Program-made: the position numbers and the translations under genes
Notes under the pieces: model-generated
What the model saw: only the letters and a program-made list of their open reading frames with translations
What the model was told of the DNA's origin: nothing
The model's database searches: none
In this document: in pieces, positions 7,188 to 17,900 of the stretch
Position numbering within the stretch: position 1 is the first letter of the stretch
How the letters are laid out: each line of letters begins with the position of its first letter
From: Lyngbya sp. HA4199-MV5
GTDB taxonomy: Bacteria > Cyanobacteriota > Cyanobacteriia > Leptolyngbyales > Leptolyngbyaceae
Length of the DNA: 64,000 nucleotides
Assembly (NCBI GenBank): GCA_019359375.1
Contig: JAHHHL010000030.1
Location: 14,341-78,340, forward strand
Direction: 5' to 3'

Positions 7188-9920
7188 TCATCGCAGGTAG
7201 GCGATCGTCACACCCGCCCCACCATCCGCACGACCTGCTAGTTCGTATCTTTCTACTTGAGGATGGTGCTGCAAAAAGTCGTGGACTCCCTGCCGCAGCT
7301 TGCCTGTGCCATGCCCGTGAATGATCCACAGAACACCACTGTCATACGCCTTTGCGATCGCCTGTTCCATCAACGGTTCAGCATCGGCAACGCGACTACC
7401 GCGAATGTCGATCGTATTGCGATCGGTGCGAATAATCGGGGTGCCGGGTTCTGGGGATAGGGTGTCGGGCAAGTCAGTTTGAGTGCCTCCTGCCTCCTGC
7501 CTCCTGCCTTCTGCCCCTTGCGCTCTGCCTTCTGCTTTCTGCCTCTTCACCGCCTTTTCTCCATCTAACGACTCCACATCGTCGATCGGCACGGTCATCT
7601 TCATCAGCCCAAAGCGGACGGTGATTTCTTCATCGTCATTCGGAGCCGTCAGCACTTCAGCGGTTTGACCCAGACGTGGAATGCGGACACGATCGCCCAC
7701 CTGCGGACGAAACCCTGGTTTGGGTGGTTTGCGTTGCCGTGAGGGTAGACGAGTTTCGGCAAGCTGATTGAGCGAGTCGGTTGCCTGTTGTGCCGCCTGA
7801 GCCGATACAGGACCTTGCTGAAGTTGGCGGATCACCTGAGCAATTTCACTCTTTGCCTCAGCGATCGCCGCTTGCACTGCCTGTTCTTGCGCTTGTTGTA
7901 AGGACTGTTCTCGCTCCTTTAAAGATGCGGCTTTGCGAGACAGTTCTCGATGAAGACGTTCGGCACTTTCTAGTAGTGTTGCCGCTTCTTGAGACTTCGT
8001 TTCCTGACGGCGACGCTGTGCTTCCAGTCCGGCTATCACCTGGTTCACATCGTCTGATGCACCACCGACATAGGTTTGTGCCTGCTCCACAACGCTGGCA
8101 TCTAGCCCCAGGCGACGGGCGATCGTCAGCGCATTCGATCGTCCGGGGATACCCCACAGCAGGCGATAGGTCGGCGATAGCGACACATCATCAAACTCAA
8201 CGGACGCATTTTCAAACCGATCGTCCTGATACTTCAACGCCTTCAGTTCGCCAAAGTGCGTCGTGGCAATTGTCAAACCCGCATGATCTGCCAGGTGCTT
8301 GAGCAACGCGATCGCCAGCGCACTACCTTCAGAGGGATCGGTGCCAGCACCCACTTCGTCGAGAAGGACGAGGGAGTATGGGGTGTGGGGTGTGGGGTGT
8401 GGGGTGTGGGGTGCAGGGTGTGGGAGGTCTAAGTTTTGAGTTGAAGAACTAGCTTCTCCCCCTGCTCCCTCTGCTCCTACTTCCCCTGCCCCTTCTGCTT
8501 CTCCTCCTGCCTTCTGCCCTCTGCCTCCTGCCTCCTGCCCTCTGCCTTCTGCCTCCTGCCCTCCTAATGCTTCCTCAGCCTCCCCTGCCTCTTCCCCTCT
8601 GCCTCCTGCCTCCTGCCCTCTGCCTTCTGCCTCCTGCCCTCCTAATGCTTCCAAAATCCGACTAATCCGCCGAATGTGCCCCGAAAAAGTCGAAAGGCTT
8701 TGTTCCAGAGATTGTTCGTCACCAATATCGGCTAGCACCTGATCAAACCATGGCAATTCCACAGGTTCGCGGGCGGGGACGAATAGCCCAACTTTTGCCA
8801 TGAGGACGGCTAACCCAAGAGTTTTGAGGGTGACGGTTTTGCCGCCTGTGTTGGGTCCCGTAATGGCGACGACGCGAATGTGGGGTTGAATGACGAGATC
8901 GATCGGCACCACGGCTCGTCCCTGTTCGTGTTGCTGTTGCCAGAGAAGTAGGGGGTGACGGAGATGGCGAAGGACGATCGAAGTGGGTGTGGGGTGTGGG
9001 GTGTGGGGTGTGGGGTCAGATGGGATTGCAGTGTCCCGTGTGATGAAACGAGGAGGATTGGCTTCTAACCACAGACTGTAGCGGGCGCGGGCAGTGGCGA
9101 GATCCAGGGTGATGGCGATCGCCAGTAGTCGTTCTAAGTCAGGCTTGACGGTGGCAACTTGATCAGTGAGTGCTTGCCGGACGGCTTCTTCCTCGCTTTG
9201 CTCCTGGCGCTGAAGCTGGCGCAGTTGATTGTTGAGACTAACGGTGGCTTGTGGCTCAACGTACAACGTGGCACCGCTCATAGACGTATCATGCACGATG
9301 CCGGGAATCGCGTCTTTTTGGGGTGCCTTGACGGGGATGACGAAGCGCCCTTCGCGCTGGGTGATCAGGCTTTCTTGCACGGCGTTTGCTTTGCGCTGCA
9401 AGAGGTTTTGTAAGGTGCTGTAGACTCGATCGCGCAGGTGTTTTTGCTGTTCTCGAATGCCAGCTAGCTTGGGCGTTGCACGATCGGCAACCTGACCACG
9501 ATCGTCGATGCACCGGTGGATTTCTTGCTCCAGTTCAGGATACGTTCGTAGCTCCTCGATCAGCGCATTCAGCACCGTTAGATCTGGTTGGCTATCAATG
9601 ACACGCCTGAGCTGACGCATTCCAGCCAGCGTGGTGGCGATCGCCAAAAGCTCTTCACCAGACAGCAGCCCGCGCCGTTCTGCCCGCTCCAGCGATTCAC
9701 CAATATCGGTAATGCCGTCAAACTTTAGCCCCGTGCTGAGACGGCTTTCGAGCGCATAGACTTCCTGCGTTTGTGCTAGCAGGGTCAACGTTTCGGCTTG
9801 CGTGTTGGGGATGCGGAGACGACGAGCGGCAATTGCCCCTAGCTTAGTTGCCGCAAAGGTGGAGAGGTGCTGGCAAAGCCGCGACCATTCTAAAAGTTCA
9901 AGGGTTTCAGCTTGGATCAA
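7188..9920 (-). CDS. mutS2: Endonuclease MutS2 with three in-frame repeat insertions
   Basis: ITGPNTGGKT Walker A, LVLLDEVGAGTDP Walker B, C-terminal Smr domain (IIHGHGTGKLR). Confidence 0.95.
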   Translation of the reverse strand: MIQAETLELLEWSRLCQHLSTFAATKLGAIAARRLRIPNTQAETLTLLAQTQEVYALESRLSTGLKFDGITDIGESLERAERRGLLSGEELLAIATTLAGMRQLRRVIDSQPDLTVLNALIEELRTYPELEQEIHRCIDDRGQVADRATPKLAGIREQQKHLRDRVYSTLQNLLQRKANAVQESLITQREGRFVIPVKAPQKDAIPGIVHDTSMSGATLYVEPQATVSLNNQLRQLQRQEQSEEEAVRQALTDQVATVKPDLERLLAIAITLDLATARARYSLWLEANPPRFITRDTAIPSDPTPHTPHPTPTSIVLRHLRHPLLLWQQQHEQGRAVVPIDLVIQPHIRVVAITGPNTGGKTVTLKTLGLAVLMAKVGLFVPAREPVELPWFDQVLADIGDEQSLEQSLSTFSGHIRRISRILEALGGQEAEGRGQEAGGRGEEAGEAEEALGGQEAEGRGQEAGGRGQKAGGEAEGAGEVGAEGAGGEASSSTQNLDLPHPAPHTPHPTPHTPYSLVLLDEVGAGTDPSEGSALAIALLKHLADHAGLTIATTHFGELKALKYQDDRFENASVEFDDVSLSPTYRLLWGIPGRSNALTIARRLGLDASVVEQAQTYVGGASDDVNQVIAGLEAQRRRQETKSQEAATLLESAERLHRELSRKAASLKEREQSLQQAQEQAVQAAIAEAKSEIAQVIRQLQQGPVSAQAAQQATDSLNQLAETRLPSRQRKPPKPGFRPQVGDRVRIPRLGQTAEVLTAPNDDEEITVRFGLMKMTVPIDDVESLDGEKAVKRQKAEGRAQGAEGRRQEAGGTQTDLPDTLSPEPGTPIIRTDRNTIDIRGSRVADAEPLMEQAIAKAYDSGVLWIIHGHGTGKLRQGVHDFLQHHPQVERYELAGRADGGAGVTIAYLR

Positions 9921-10193
9921 GTTGTATCAACAGGTTACGCTTTCTCTATTTTAAGGAGTTCTCCGACCCAGCGACGTGCCATCCGTAAAAGAGTCGGCAG
10001 ACGATCGCGGGCTGTGCGTGAGTTGCATCACCAAGCATTTGTTGCTGTATCACTCAGCGATCGCTACAGCATCACCTGCGAGAATCCAGCGCATCACACG
10101 GCATTTACCTAAATGTCACACTACTCATGCTGTCTGAACTTCATACTAGATTCATAAAACTTAGATTCGTAAGCTTGAGAAAAGGGGTGTACG

Positions 10194-10394
10194 ATGAGTC
10201 TGGTTAATCAGGTTGTGCAAAAAGCGATTTGCCGTGGTTATCTAACCGCTGAAGCAGAGCAAACTCTGTGCAAATACATCAGCGACCATTGCAACTTACA
10301 CGATGTAACAGCACTAACGATGTTGCAACGTGCTATGTTATCGGGTCAGGTAAAACGGCTGTCACAACGACATCAGCAACCCAACCTCGCGTAG
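10194..10394 (+). CDS. Small conserved cyanobacterial hypothetical protein
   Basis: 66-aa ORF with upstream AAAGGGG; pattern V..A...GYLT.EAE..L resembles a common cyanobacterial small-protein family. Confidence 0.7.
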   Translation: MSLVNQVVQKAICRGYLTAEAEQTLCKYISDHCNLHDVTALTMLQRAMLSGQVKRLSQRHQQPNLA

Positions 10395-10418
10395 TCCTTC
10401 ATGCAACTGCTACTGAAG

Positions 10419-11192
10419 CTAAAACTGATCTTTCATACCTCTCAGTCGAGCAAAGGTTTGAATGCCGTTGCCTGACTGCACGATCGCTTGAATTTCTACA
10501 TTATCCCAGCGCAAAAACGGATTGGTGTGTTTCTCTACTCCCAAATTCGACGGTATCGTTGCCTCATTGCGGCTGCGACTAGCTTTCACCTCTGCGAAGC
10601 GCTGTTGCAAGGCTGCATTAGCACGATCCACCGTTAAAGCAAACTCAAGATTCTTTAGCGTGTATTCATGTGCACACCAAACACAGGTATTGTCTGGCAA
10701 GGCGCGAAGCTTGCTAAGAGACTGCACCATCTGTGTTGGCGTGCCTTCAAATAATCGACCACAGCCACCAGAAAAGAGCGTGTCGCCGCAAAATAGTTGC
10801 CCTGCCTCGTTTGGAGTCACAGGCGCAAAATAGTAGGCAATGTGAGCGCGGGTGTGACCGGGGACAAACAGCACCTCAGCATCACGATCGCCAAACGACA
10901 CGCGATCGCCATCCCGCAAAAACACTTGCTGTCCAGGAATGCGATCGCGATCTTCAGCCCCACCACATACCACTGCTTCGGGGAATTGCTGCAACAGTCT
11001 GGTATTTCCTCCTACGTGGTCAGCGTGATGGTGCGTGTTCAAAATAGCAACCAATTCAGCACCCAACGTTTTTAAGCAATGTAGAACAGGTACAGCATCC
11101 GCTGGATCAACCACTGCCGCGAGGTTTTGCAATGGGTCATGCAGCAGAAAGATGTAGTTATCCGATAGCGCTGGCAGCCGATAGACTTGCAT
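10419..11192 (-). CDS. gloB: Hydroxyacylglutathione hydrolase (glyoxalase II)
   Basis: [10 protein letters not shown] metallo-beta-lactamase motif, [28 protein letters not shown]. Confidence 0.95.
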   Translation of the reverse strand: MQVYRLPALSDNYIFLLHDPLQNLAAVVDPADAVPVLHCLKTLGAELVAILNTHHHADHVGGNTRLLQQFPEAVVCGGAEDRDRIPGQQVFLRDGDRVSFGDRDAEVLFVPGHTRAHIAYYFAPVTPNEAGQLFCGDTLFSGGCGRLFEGTPTQMVQSLSKLRALPDNTCVWCAHEYTLKNLEFALTVDRANAALQQRFAEVKASRSRNEATIPSNLGVEKHTNPFLRWDNVEIQAIVQSGNGIQTFARLRGMKDQF

Positions 11193-11234
11193 GGCTCAGA
11201 CTTCCAAATAGTAAGGCTACCCCATCACCGTAAC

Positions 11235-11500
11235 AAACTGGGGGATGAGGGATGAGGGATGAGGGATGAAAGAGTTTTGAGTTGAACCAGTTGTTGGTTG
11301 TTGGTTGTTAGTTGTTGGTTGTTGGTTGTTAGAAAGAGGGGAATAGGGAGCAGGGAGTAGGGTTAAAGGATGGCGCTTGGAGTGCTCGCTGTCCGCTCAC
11401 TCCTGACTTCTGACTCCTTCTAATGACTCCTTCTAAAAACTAAAAACTAAAAACCTTTCTGGTATGCCCATAGGGCTTTACAACTCACCTGCCTTCTGCC
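11235..11500 (-). repeat. Composite STRR element copy E (core interrupted)
   Basis: On minus: (GTTTTTA)3-GAAGGAGTCA...-(TAACAAC/CAACAAC)n-TGGTTCAACTCAAAACTCT, the last motif identical to copy B flank. Confidence 0.75.
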
Positions 11501-11636
11501 TTCTCTCAAGCTTTACCAATTCTTCATCCATTTTGCCCCTATCGTTGCACAGTCGTTATGCAGCCCTTGCTAGAAGGTGAGGAGTGAGGGGAACAATCAA
11601 TTATCAGGTATTAAATTATGCAAGCAGGTGGGCATC

Positions 11637-11840
11637 ATGCGAGGTCTTCAAAGCAACCCAAATTCAGCAATTCATCAGATGGTCGATCGCATTCTCACGG
11701 TTGGTGAAATGTCCCGTCAAGAGCATCTCAAACTTACGTCCATTCTGCTGGCTGAGCAACAGTTGGCAGATAGCGATCGCACCAAAATTAATCGTATTTT
11801 TGACCACATTCAAACGGGTCGTTTAAAACTTATTGATTAA
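11637..11840 (+). CDS. Small conserved cyanobacterial hypothetical protein
   Basis: C-terminal INRIFDHIQTGRLKLID resembles a common cyanobacterial small-protein family; start chosen at ATG 11637. Confidence 0.7.
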   Translation: MRGLQSNPNSAIHQMVDRILTVGEMSRQEHLKLTSILLAEQQLADSDRTKINRIFDHIQTGRLKLID

Positions 11841-11868
11841 GGCACTACAAACGCTTTGGAGGTTTTGC

Positions 11869-12528
11869 TTACTGTTGGAGGTAATTTCGGGCTTCTTGAG
11901 CAACTTGCTCCACATCGTCTTGCGCCAGTGCTTCCAGGGTTGAGCGAGCCGTTGACCCATTCAAATGTGCCAGCGCTTGTACCACTCGATAGCGGATTTG
12001 CCAATCGGCATTGGTTGCAAAGGGAATGAGCGACTGAATGGCACGCGTGTCACCCAGTTCTCCCAATGACCCGATCGCAGCGGTTTGCAGCAATTCGTTA
12101 TCCGATTGCAGCGCTTCTTCAAGTAGCTCGAAGGCTCGTTGATCGCCTAACTCACCTAAAGTCGCCACAATGCTGAATTTGACCAGCCATTCAGAAGTGG
12201 TGTGATAAAGCTGCTGCAAATCATCAAAGATCTCGGTTAATTTAAGCGCACCTACAGAGTCAGCCGCCGCCGCTTGCACATCTGGGTCGTCATCTCGTAG
12301 CCGATCGCGCAGCAGTCTGGAGACATGAGGCAAATCTTGCTGCCCCAGTGTGGCTAGCTGGCTGACGGCTGCATAGCGCACGCGTGGATTCGTGTCTTGC
12401 AAGGCAATCTGAATCAGCTTAAAACCGATTGGGGGTTCCAGTTGTCGGATCTGATTTACAGCACGCAGGCGATCGCCAAAATCTGACGACTCTAATAACA
12501 CGCCAACGGATTCAGGTGTGATGCTCAT
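11869..12528 (-). CDS. nblB: Phycobilisome degradation HEAT-repeat protein NblB
   Basis: HEAT/PBS-lyase repeats; MSITPESV..LL.S.DFGDRLRAVNQ, EWLVKFSIVATLGELGD motifs. Confidence 0.85.
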   Translation of the reverse strand: MSITPESVGVLLESSDFGDRLRAVNQIRQLEPPIGFKLIQIALQDTNPRVRYAAVSQLATLGQQDLPHVSRLLRDRLRDDDPDVQAAAADSVGALKLTEIFDDLQQLYHTTSEWLVKFSIVATLGELGDQRAFELLEEALQSDNELLQTAAIGSLGELGDTRAIQSLIPFATNADWQIRYRVVQALAHLNGSTARSTLEALAQDDVEQVAQEARNYLQQ

Positions 12529-12534
12529 CGCTAG

Positions 12535-12887
12535 TCTGAAAGTGAGGGGTGAGGGGTGAGGAGGCAGAGGGCATAAGGGATGGGGGATAAGGGATGAAGG
12601 CTTGGAAAAGGCAGAAGGCAGAGGGCAGGAGGCAGAAGGCGAGAGAAGTTGTTGGTTTTTGGTTTTTAGTTGTTAGAAGAAGGCAGGTGGCAGAAGGATA
12701 AGGGGTAAAAAGCTGGCTCCTGGCTCCTGACTGTTGAAGACTCGTAGAAGGCAAAGGGAGCTTTTAGTTTTTAGAAGGAGCCAGGAAAGGCTCAAGCAGT
12801 AATAACCAACAACTAACAACCAACAACTAACAACTGGTTCAACTCAAAACTCTTGCCCCTCGCTCCTCACTCCTTACCCCTCACTCC
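12535..12887 (+). repeat. Composite STRR element copy B with extended heptamer arrays
   Basis: Core GAAGGAGCCAGGAAAGGCTCAAGCAG at 12774-12799 between (GTTTTTA)n and (TAACAAC)n arms. Confidence 0.85.
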
Positions 12888-13355
12888 TCACCCGTCTTGC
12901 TCTGCTGCCATTGCACGAATAATGTCGCCACGAGTGAGAATGCCCACTACCTGACCTTCGGCGTTGAGCACGGGCAGGCGATGAATTTTGTGCTCATGCA
13001 GGATTTGAGCCGCTTCTCGTAGGGGCTTGTCTGGGGTGACTGTAATCGGTTTCTGGCTCATGACTTCCTTAACGGTTTGCCCCAAGGCTTTGTGCAATTC
13101 GCGTTCGTAATGACCAGGGTTTTCCAGGTAAATTACACTGTCCAGGAGCATGATGTAGGGCGGCGGTGTGACTCCGGTTTCTCGCCACATCAGGTCGGTC
13201 TCAGAAATAACTCCCACTAGCTTACCTGCGTCATCCACCACGGGTAGACCGCTAATTTTTTTCTCGGCGATCGTCCGAATGACTTCTGAGAGGGGTGTCT
13301 CCGGTGTTACCGTCAACGGGTCACGGGTCATAATATCTGCAACAGTCTTGGGCAT
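12888..13355 (-). CDS. CBS-domain pair protein
   Basis: TVADIMTRDP..V, ISGLPVVD, IHRLPV, VGILTRGDIIR. Confidence 0.9.
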   Translation of the reverse strand: MPKTVADIMTRDPLTVTPETPLSEVIRTIAEKKISGLPVVDDAGKLVGVISETDLMWRETGVTPPPYIMLLDSVIYLENPGHYERELHKALGQTVKEVMSQKPITVTPDKPLREAAQILHEHKIHRLPVLNAEGQVVGILTRGDIIRAMAAEQDG

Positions 13356-13478
13356 ACTGGTCGGAACCCTTGTAGCGTTTCTGCCTTCATTGTAGGGAAC
13401 TGTGCAGAGCAACCGATCGCGATTCATAGGATGTTACAGAGGCGTTTCGTCTTTCTTACGATCAGAAACGGCTGTCAT

Positions 13479-14570
13479 CTACTGAGGGCTGGGTAACCTG
13501 ACTGTAAACGTGGTGCCATGACCAATCTGGCTCTTGACGGTGATTTCTCCACCATGAAGTGTTGCGGCGCGTTTTGCGATCGCCAACCCTAACCCGGTTC
13601 CTGGCAATCTACCGACATTTTTGCCGCGTTGAAAAGGTTCAAACAGGTGCTCCAGGTCTTCTGGCGCAATGCCAATGCCTGCGTCTTGCACCTCAATGTA
13701 AATGGCTTCGTAAGTACGATAAAGCTTGAGTAGAACTAGCTTGTCAACGGGAGAATATTTGATCGCATTGCTGATTAAATTATTCAGAAGTTGACGCAGC
13801 AATTTTTGATCAGCCTTCACAAAGATACGTTGTGTGGGATAAGAAAACGTGACCGTATGACGACTATCAGGATGGCATTGAAACGGTTTCAGCAACGTTT
13901 GGCAAAACTCTACCAGCTCGATCGTCTCAGAATGAATGAGAGTTTTACAGTGGTCTGTCTGCCCCATCGTCATAACATCATCAATTAACTGGTTCATACA
14001 GCTCGTTGAAGCCTGAATATACTGAAGTAATTGCTCTTTTTTGGCTTCACCAACGGGATAACGACTATCGCCTAACATTGCTGTTGAAAGCTGAATGGCT
14101 GCCAGCGGATTGCGGAGTTCGTGGGAGAGGATAGAGAGGTACTCGAAGGATGATTGATCGGTATTCGCTCTGGTGACACTGCTTGCCTCAGCTTCGGCTT
14201 GGTGACGAGCCACCGCCATTTCTACCGCTACCCTTAAATCGTTTTGCTTAAACGGCTTGAGGATGTAACCAGAGGGGCGCGTTCGTTTTGCACGTTCCAG
14301 GGTTTCATCATCGACATAAGCGGTGAGGTAGATAAAGGGGATTTGAAAGCGATCGCGCACTTGCTCAGCCACCGAAATGCCATCCGCCTCTCCTTGTAGC
14401 CGAATATCTAATAAGATTAAATCAGGTTGATCCGCAGCAATTTGCTGGAGTGCAGCAGTGGCTCTGGTAGCGAAACCAAGCACTTCGTAGCCTAATCGAC
14501 AGAGGCAACCTTCGATCTCTCTAGCAATCAGGATTTCATCTTCGACAACCAAAATCCTAAGCTTAGCCAT
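13479..14570 (-). CDS. Hybrid response regulator / histidine kinase (REC-HisKA-HATPase)
   Basis: ILVVEDE..PDLILLDI receiver, SHELRNPL H-box, NLISNAIKYS, DAGIGI, GTGLGL. Confidence 0.92.
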   Translation of the reverse strand: MAKLRILVVEDEILIAREIEGCLCRLGYEVLGFATRATAALQQIAADQPDLILLDIRLQGEADGISVAEQVRDRFQIPFIYLTAYVDDETLERAKRTRPSGYILKPFKQNDLRVAVEMAVARHQAEAEASSVTRANTDQSSFEYLSILSHELRNPLAAIQLSTAMLGDSRYPVGEAKKEQLLQYIQASTSCMNQLIDDVMTMGQTDHCKTLIHSETIELVEFCQTLLKPFQCHPDSRHTVTFSYPTQRIFVKADQKLLRQLLNNLISNAIKYSPVDKLVLLKLYRTYEAIYIEVQDAGIGIAPEDLEHLFEPFQRGKNVGRLPGTGLGLAIAKRAATLHGGEITVKSQIGHGTTFTVRLPSPQ

Positions 14571-14661
14571 CTGTTTTGCGCGCTCCAAGGGTGATTAAAA
14601 CGAGTGTTACTAAGAAGAGTGGATGAAACAGTTGGTGAGAGTGCATCCCAGCTTTAGATCA

Positions 14662-14688
14662 AGAGTGCGAGCGAGACGCTCGCACTCT
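14662..14688. repeat. REP-like perfect palindrome
   Basis: AGAGTGCGAGCG-AGA-CGCTCGCACTCT, 12-bp stem. Confidence 0.7.
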
Positions 14689-14904
14689 GAAAAACCTTAA
14701 CTCTGCAAAATTGGAATGCACCCGTTGGTGAGGCTTAAACAAAAATTGCAACTGGAGGCATCAATTGCCTCCCAAAAATTACTGCATAAAATTTTTCTAT
14801 TGATACAAGAATAAATCAAACCGATCGGGGTCTGGCTTAAATGCTAAAAAACTTTTCACAATCCGGCTACAACTGGCACATTCTTACTCGGTTGGATGGT
14901 GTTT

Positions 14905-17900
14905 TTACCGAAGCCCAAAGACTGGAAAGAGGAGGCGAAACAGGGTGCCATGTTTGTGTTCATGCTCGATGGTGCCATCAAGTTGCCGAGCCAGATCATA
15001 GACAATCTTCAGACCCAATGATTGCAACTTGTTAAGATTAAGGGTCTTTGGAATGCCAACGCCATTATCTTGAACCGTCAGCATATAGTGAGCGGTCGCT
15101 TGCGATGCATAGCTATGGAGTGCTGCTGTTGGTATTTTGGCTGCAAGACGAGCCGTCGGCTCAGGTTGAACGATTTGTTCTAATCTAATGTGAATTTCGC
15201 CCTGGTGACGATCAGGAAAGCCATGTTTGATCGCATTGGTAATCAATTCATTCAGGAGCAAGCCACAAGAGATAGCGGTTTCCAAATTTAAAGTGACGGG
15301 CTGTAGGTCAAAGCTCAGCTTGATTTGGTCATGGCTGGTGCTACAGGCAATCAAAATATTATTTGCCAGACGCTGAATGTAGTCATGGAAGTTAATTTGT
15401 CCTAAATCGCTGGATTGGTAAAGGATTTCGTGAATGAGGGACATCGCTTGCAGCCGATTGCGTGTGCTAAACAGTGCCCCAGAAACGATGGGATTGTTTG
15501 CCGCTTCACTCTGCAACCACAGCATGGCGGAGATCATCTGAAGATTATTTTTGACTCGATGATTTACTTCTTTAAGCAACACTTCTTTTTGCTTCAACTG
15601 CTTTTCTAGCTGCGTATAAAGGCTGGCTTTTTGGCTGGCAGTACCGACTTGCAAACCCAGTTGCTTGAGCAAATCAAGCTCAAATTGTTGCCATGCGTGG
15701 GGTGCGTCGCAGTAATGTACAATCATCAAGCCCCAAATTTGGTCGCTCTGTAAAATGCCAACTACAAAACTTGCCTGTACCTGCATCTGCGCTAACAGTG
15801 TGGCGTAGCACGGTGTGAGATGAGGATCTTGAGCATTGCCGCAGACTGTGATGTATCCCTGACGGTAGCGTTCTGCCCAACCGATACCGAAACAGGGATC
15901 TTCAATGGTTAGATTCAGCAGGGATAATTCAGGACGAGAGAGGGCTTCTCGCTCAATGACCACGTTGTAATCGGCATCGAAGCGACAGATGAGAACACGA
16001 TCGCTCCTCAAAAATTGCTGGATTTTCTCCAGGCAAGTTTCTAGAACCTGGTCTAGCCGCACTGATTGATTAATCGTTTGAGCAATGGTTGCCAACAACT
16101 GGTCGGCTTCTGCCTGCTGCTGTTGCCGCAGTTCTGCCTGTTTGCGCTCAGTAATATCCAGCACGTTGGCAAGAATGGCGGGTTTATGATCCCAAGTAAT
16201 CCGATTGAGCGTGACATTAACGTCAAAGACCTTACCCGTGTGAATTTCTTTGGCTTTCCATTCAAAATGGACAATTTCTCCAGCAAATGCCCTCATCCAG
16301 TAACCCTGGGCAAACTGGAAGGGATTATCTGCTGCTGAGTAGTCACTTAGCAGTGAAAGGCTTAATGCCTGCTCTCGTTCTAGCCCGTATCGTTCGAGTA
16401 CGCGATCGTTGACATCCAGCAGGGTGCCGTCTGCGGCATGAATAAAGAGATAACTGGTGACGTGGTTAAAGATCGTCCGGAAGTTTTGCTCTGAAATTTG
16501 GAGGGCGGTTTCGGCGGCTTTGCGATCGCTAATATCTGTGATCCGTGCCAAAATCATGCGTTGATCTGCTACTTGAATGCCCTTGAGGGCGACGCTGCCC
16601 CAGAAGGTATGCCCTTTGCGGGTGCGATACTCACACTCTTGCCGCCAAACGCCTGAACCTCTAAGGAATGTGAGAATTTCAGCCCCATGCTCTTCAGATA
16701 TGGGATGTTTGCGGAGGCTATGAGCGACTGTGCCCAGTAGCTCAACTTTGGTCTCAGCTTCAAAGAGTTCGATGGCTCGCTGATTGCAATCCCAAATCTG
16801 ACCAGAAGTCGGAGCGGTCAGCAGAATAGCATCGGTTGATTCTTGAAAAATGGCTTCAAATAAGTCTCGATTGTGGCGAATTTCTAGCTCTGCCCGTTTG
16901 CGATCGCTCATGTCTGTCACTCGCACCAGAATCATCGGTTCATTCGCTACCTGAATCTGCTTGCAAGCAATACTGCCCCAAAACGTGTTGCCCTTCCGGG
17001 TGAGATACTCATCTTCTCCCTGCCAAAACCCTTGGGTTGCCAGACTGATTCGCACCACCGCCAAGGCTTCTGGTGTAAATGGGTCTTTGGATAGGTTGCT
17101 GGGACCGTGAATCCCAATTAATTCATCCCGGCTGTTTGCCTCAAACAATTCCACTGCCCTCTGGTTGCAGGTCAGGTTTAACTTGGTCGTTGCATCCACC
17201 AGAAAAATAGCGTCTGCCGATTCTTCAAACATGGCTTCAAACAGGTCTTTGCTGCGGCGAACATCTGCCTCTGCCTGTTTGCGATCGGTCACATCCATCG
17301 AAATTCCAACCAGTTTGATGGGGTCACCTTGCTCATTGAAACCGTATGCTCCTCGACTATACCGCCAGCGGATTGAGCCGTCATGCCAAAGGATGCGGTG
17401 TTCAATTTCGTAAGGTTGATCCTGGCGTGATGTTTGCTGGATGGTGTGAAGGAGACGGTCTCGATCGTCTGGATGCACCCGCTTGAGAACGACCTCGAAC
17501 GTGGGAAACGGGCTGATTTCAACCCCCGATCGATCAAGAACACGACCCGATGGATCGGTAGAAAATCCCCACAAGCCATAGTTTTCTGCTGACCAGTATT
17601 GCCGATTAGTGAGCATATCCCATTCCCAGGTGCCCATTTTGGCGGCAGAAAGCGCCAGTTGAAGCTGGTAGGTGCGATCGCGAACTCGCTGTTCCAGGGT
17701 GGCAAACGACTCTTGCAGTTGCTTTGCCATCTGGTTAAAAGAGGCGGCTAAATCACCCAGTTCATCGCTGCGATCGATGGGTAAGCGTTGATTCCAGTGC
17801 CCGCTGGCAATTTGTTGAGAGGCTTGGTTGAGCTGGAGGATGGGATGAATGACGAGCGCTTGAGACAACCACCAGATCACCCCCAGCGTTAACACCAAAA

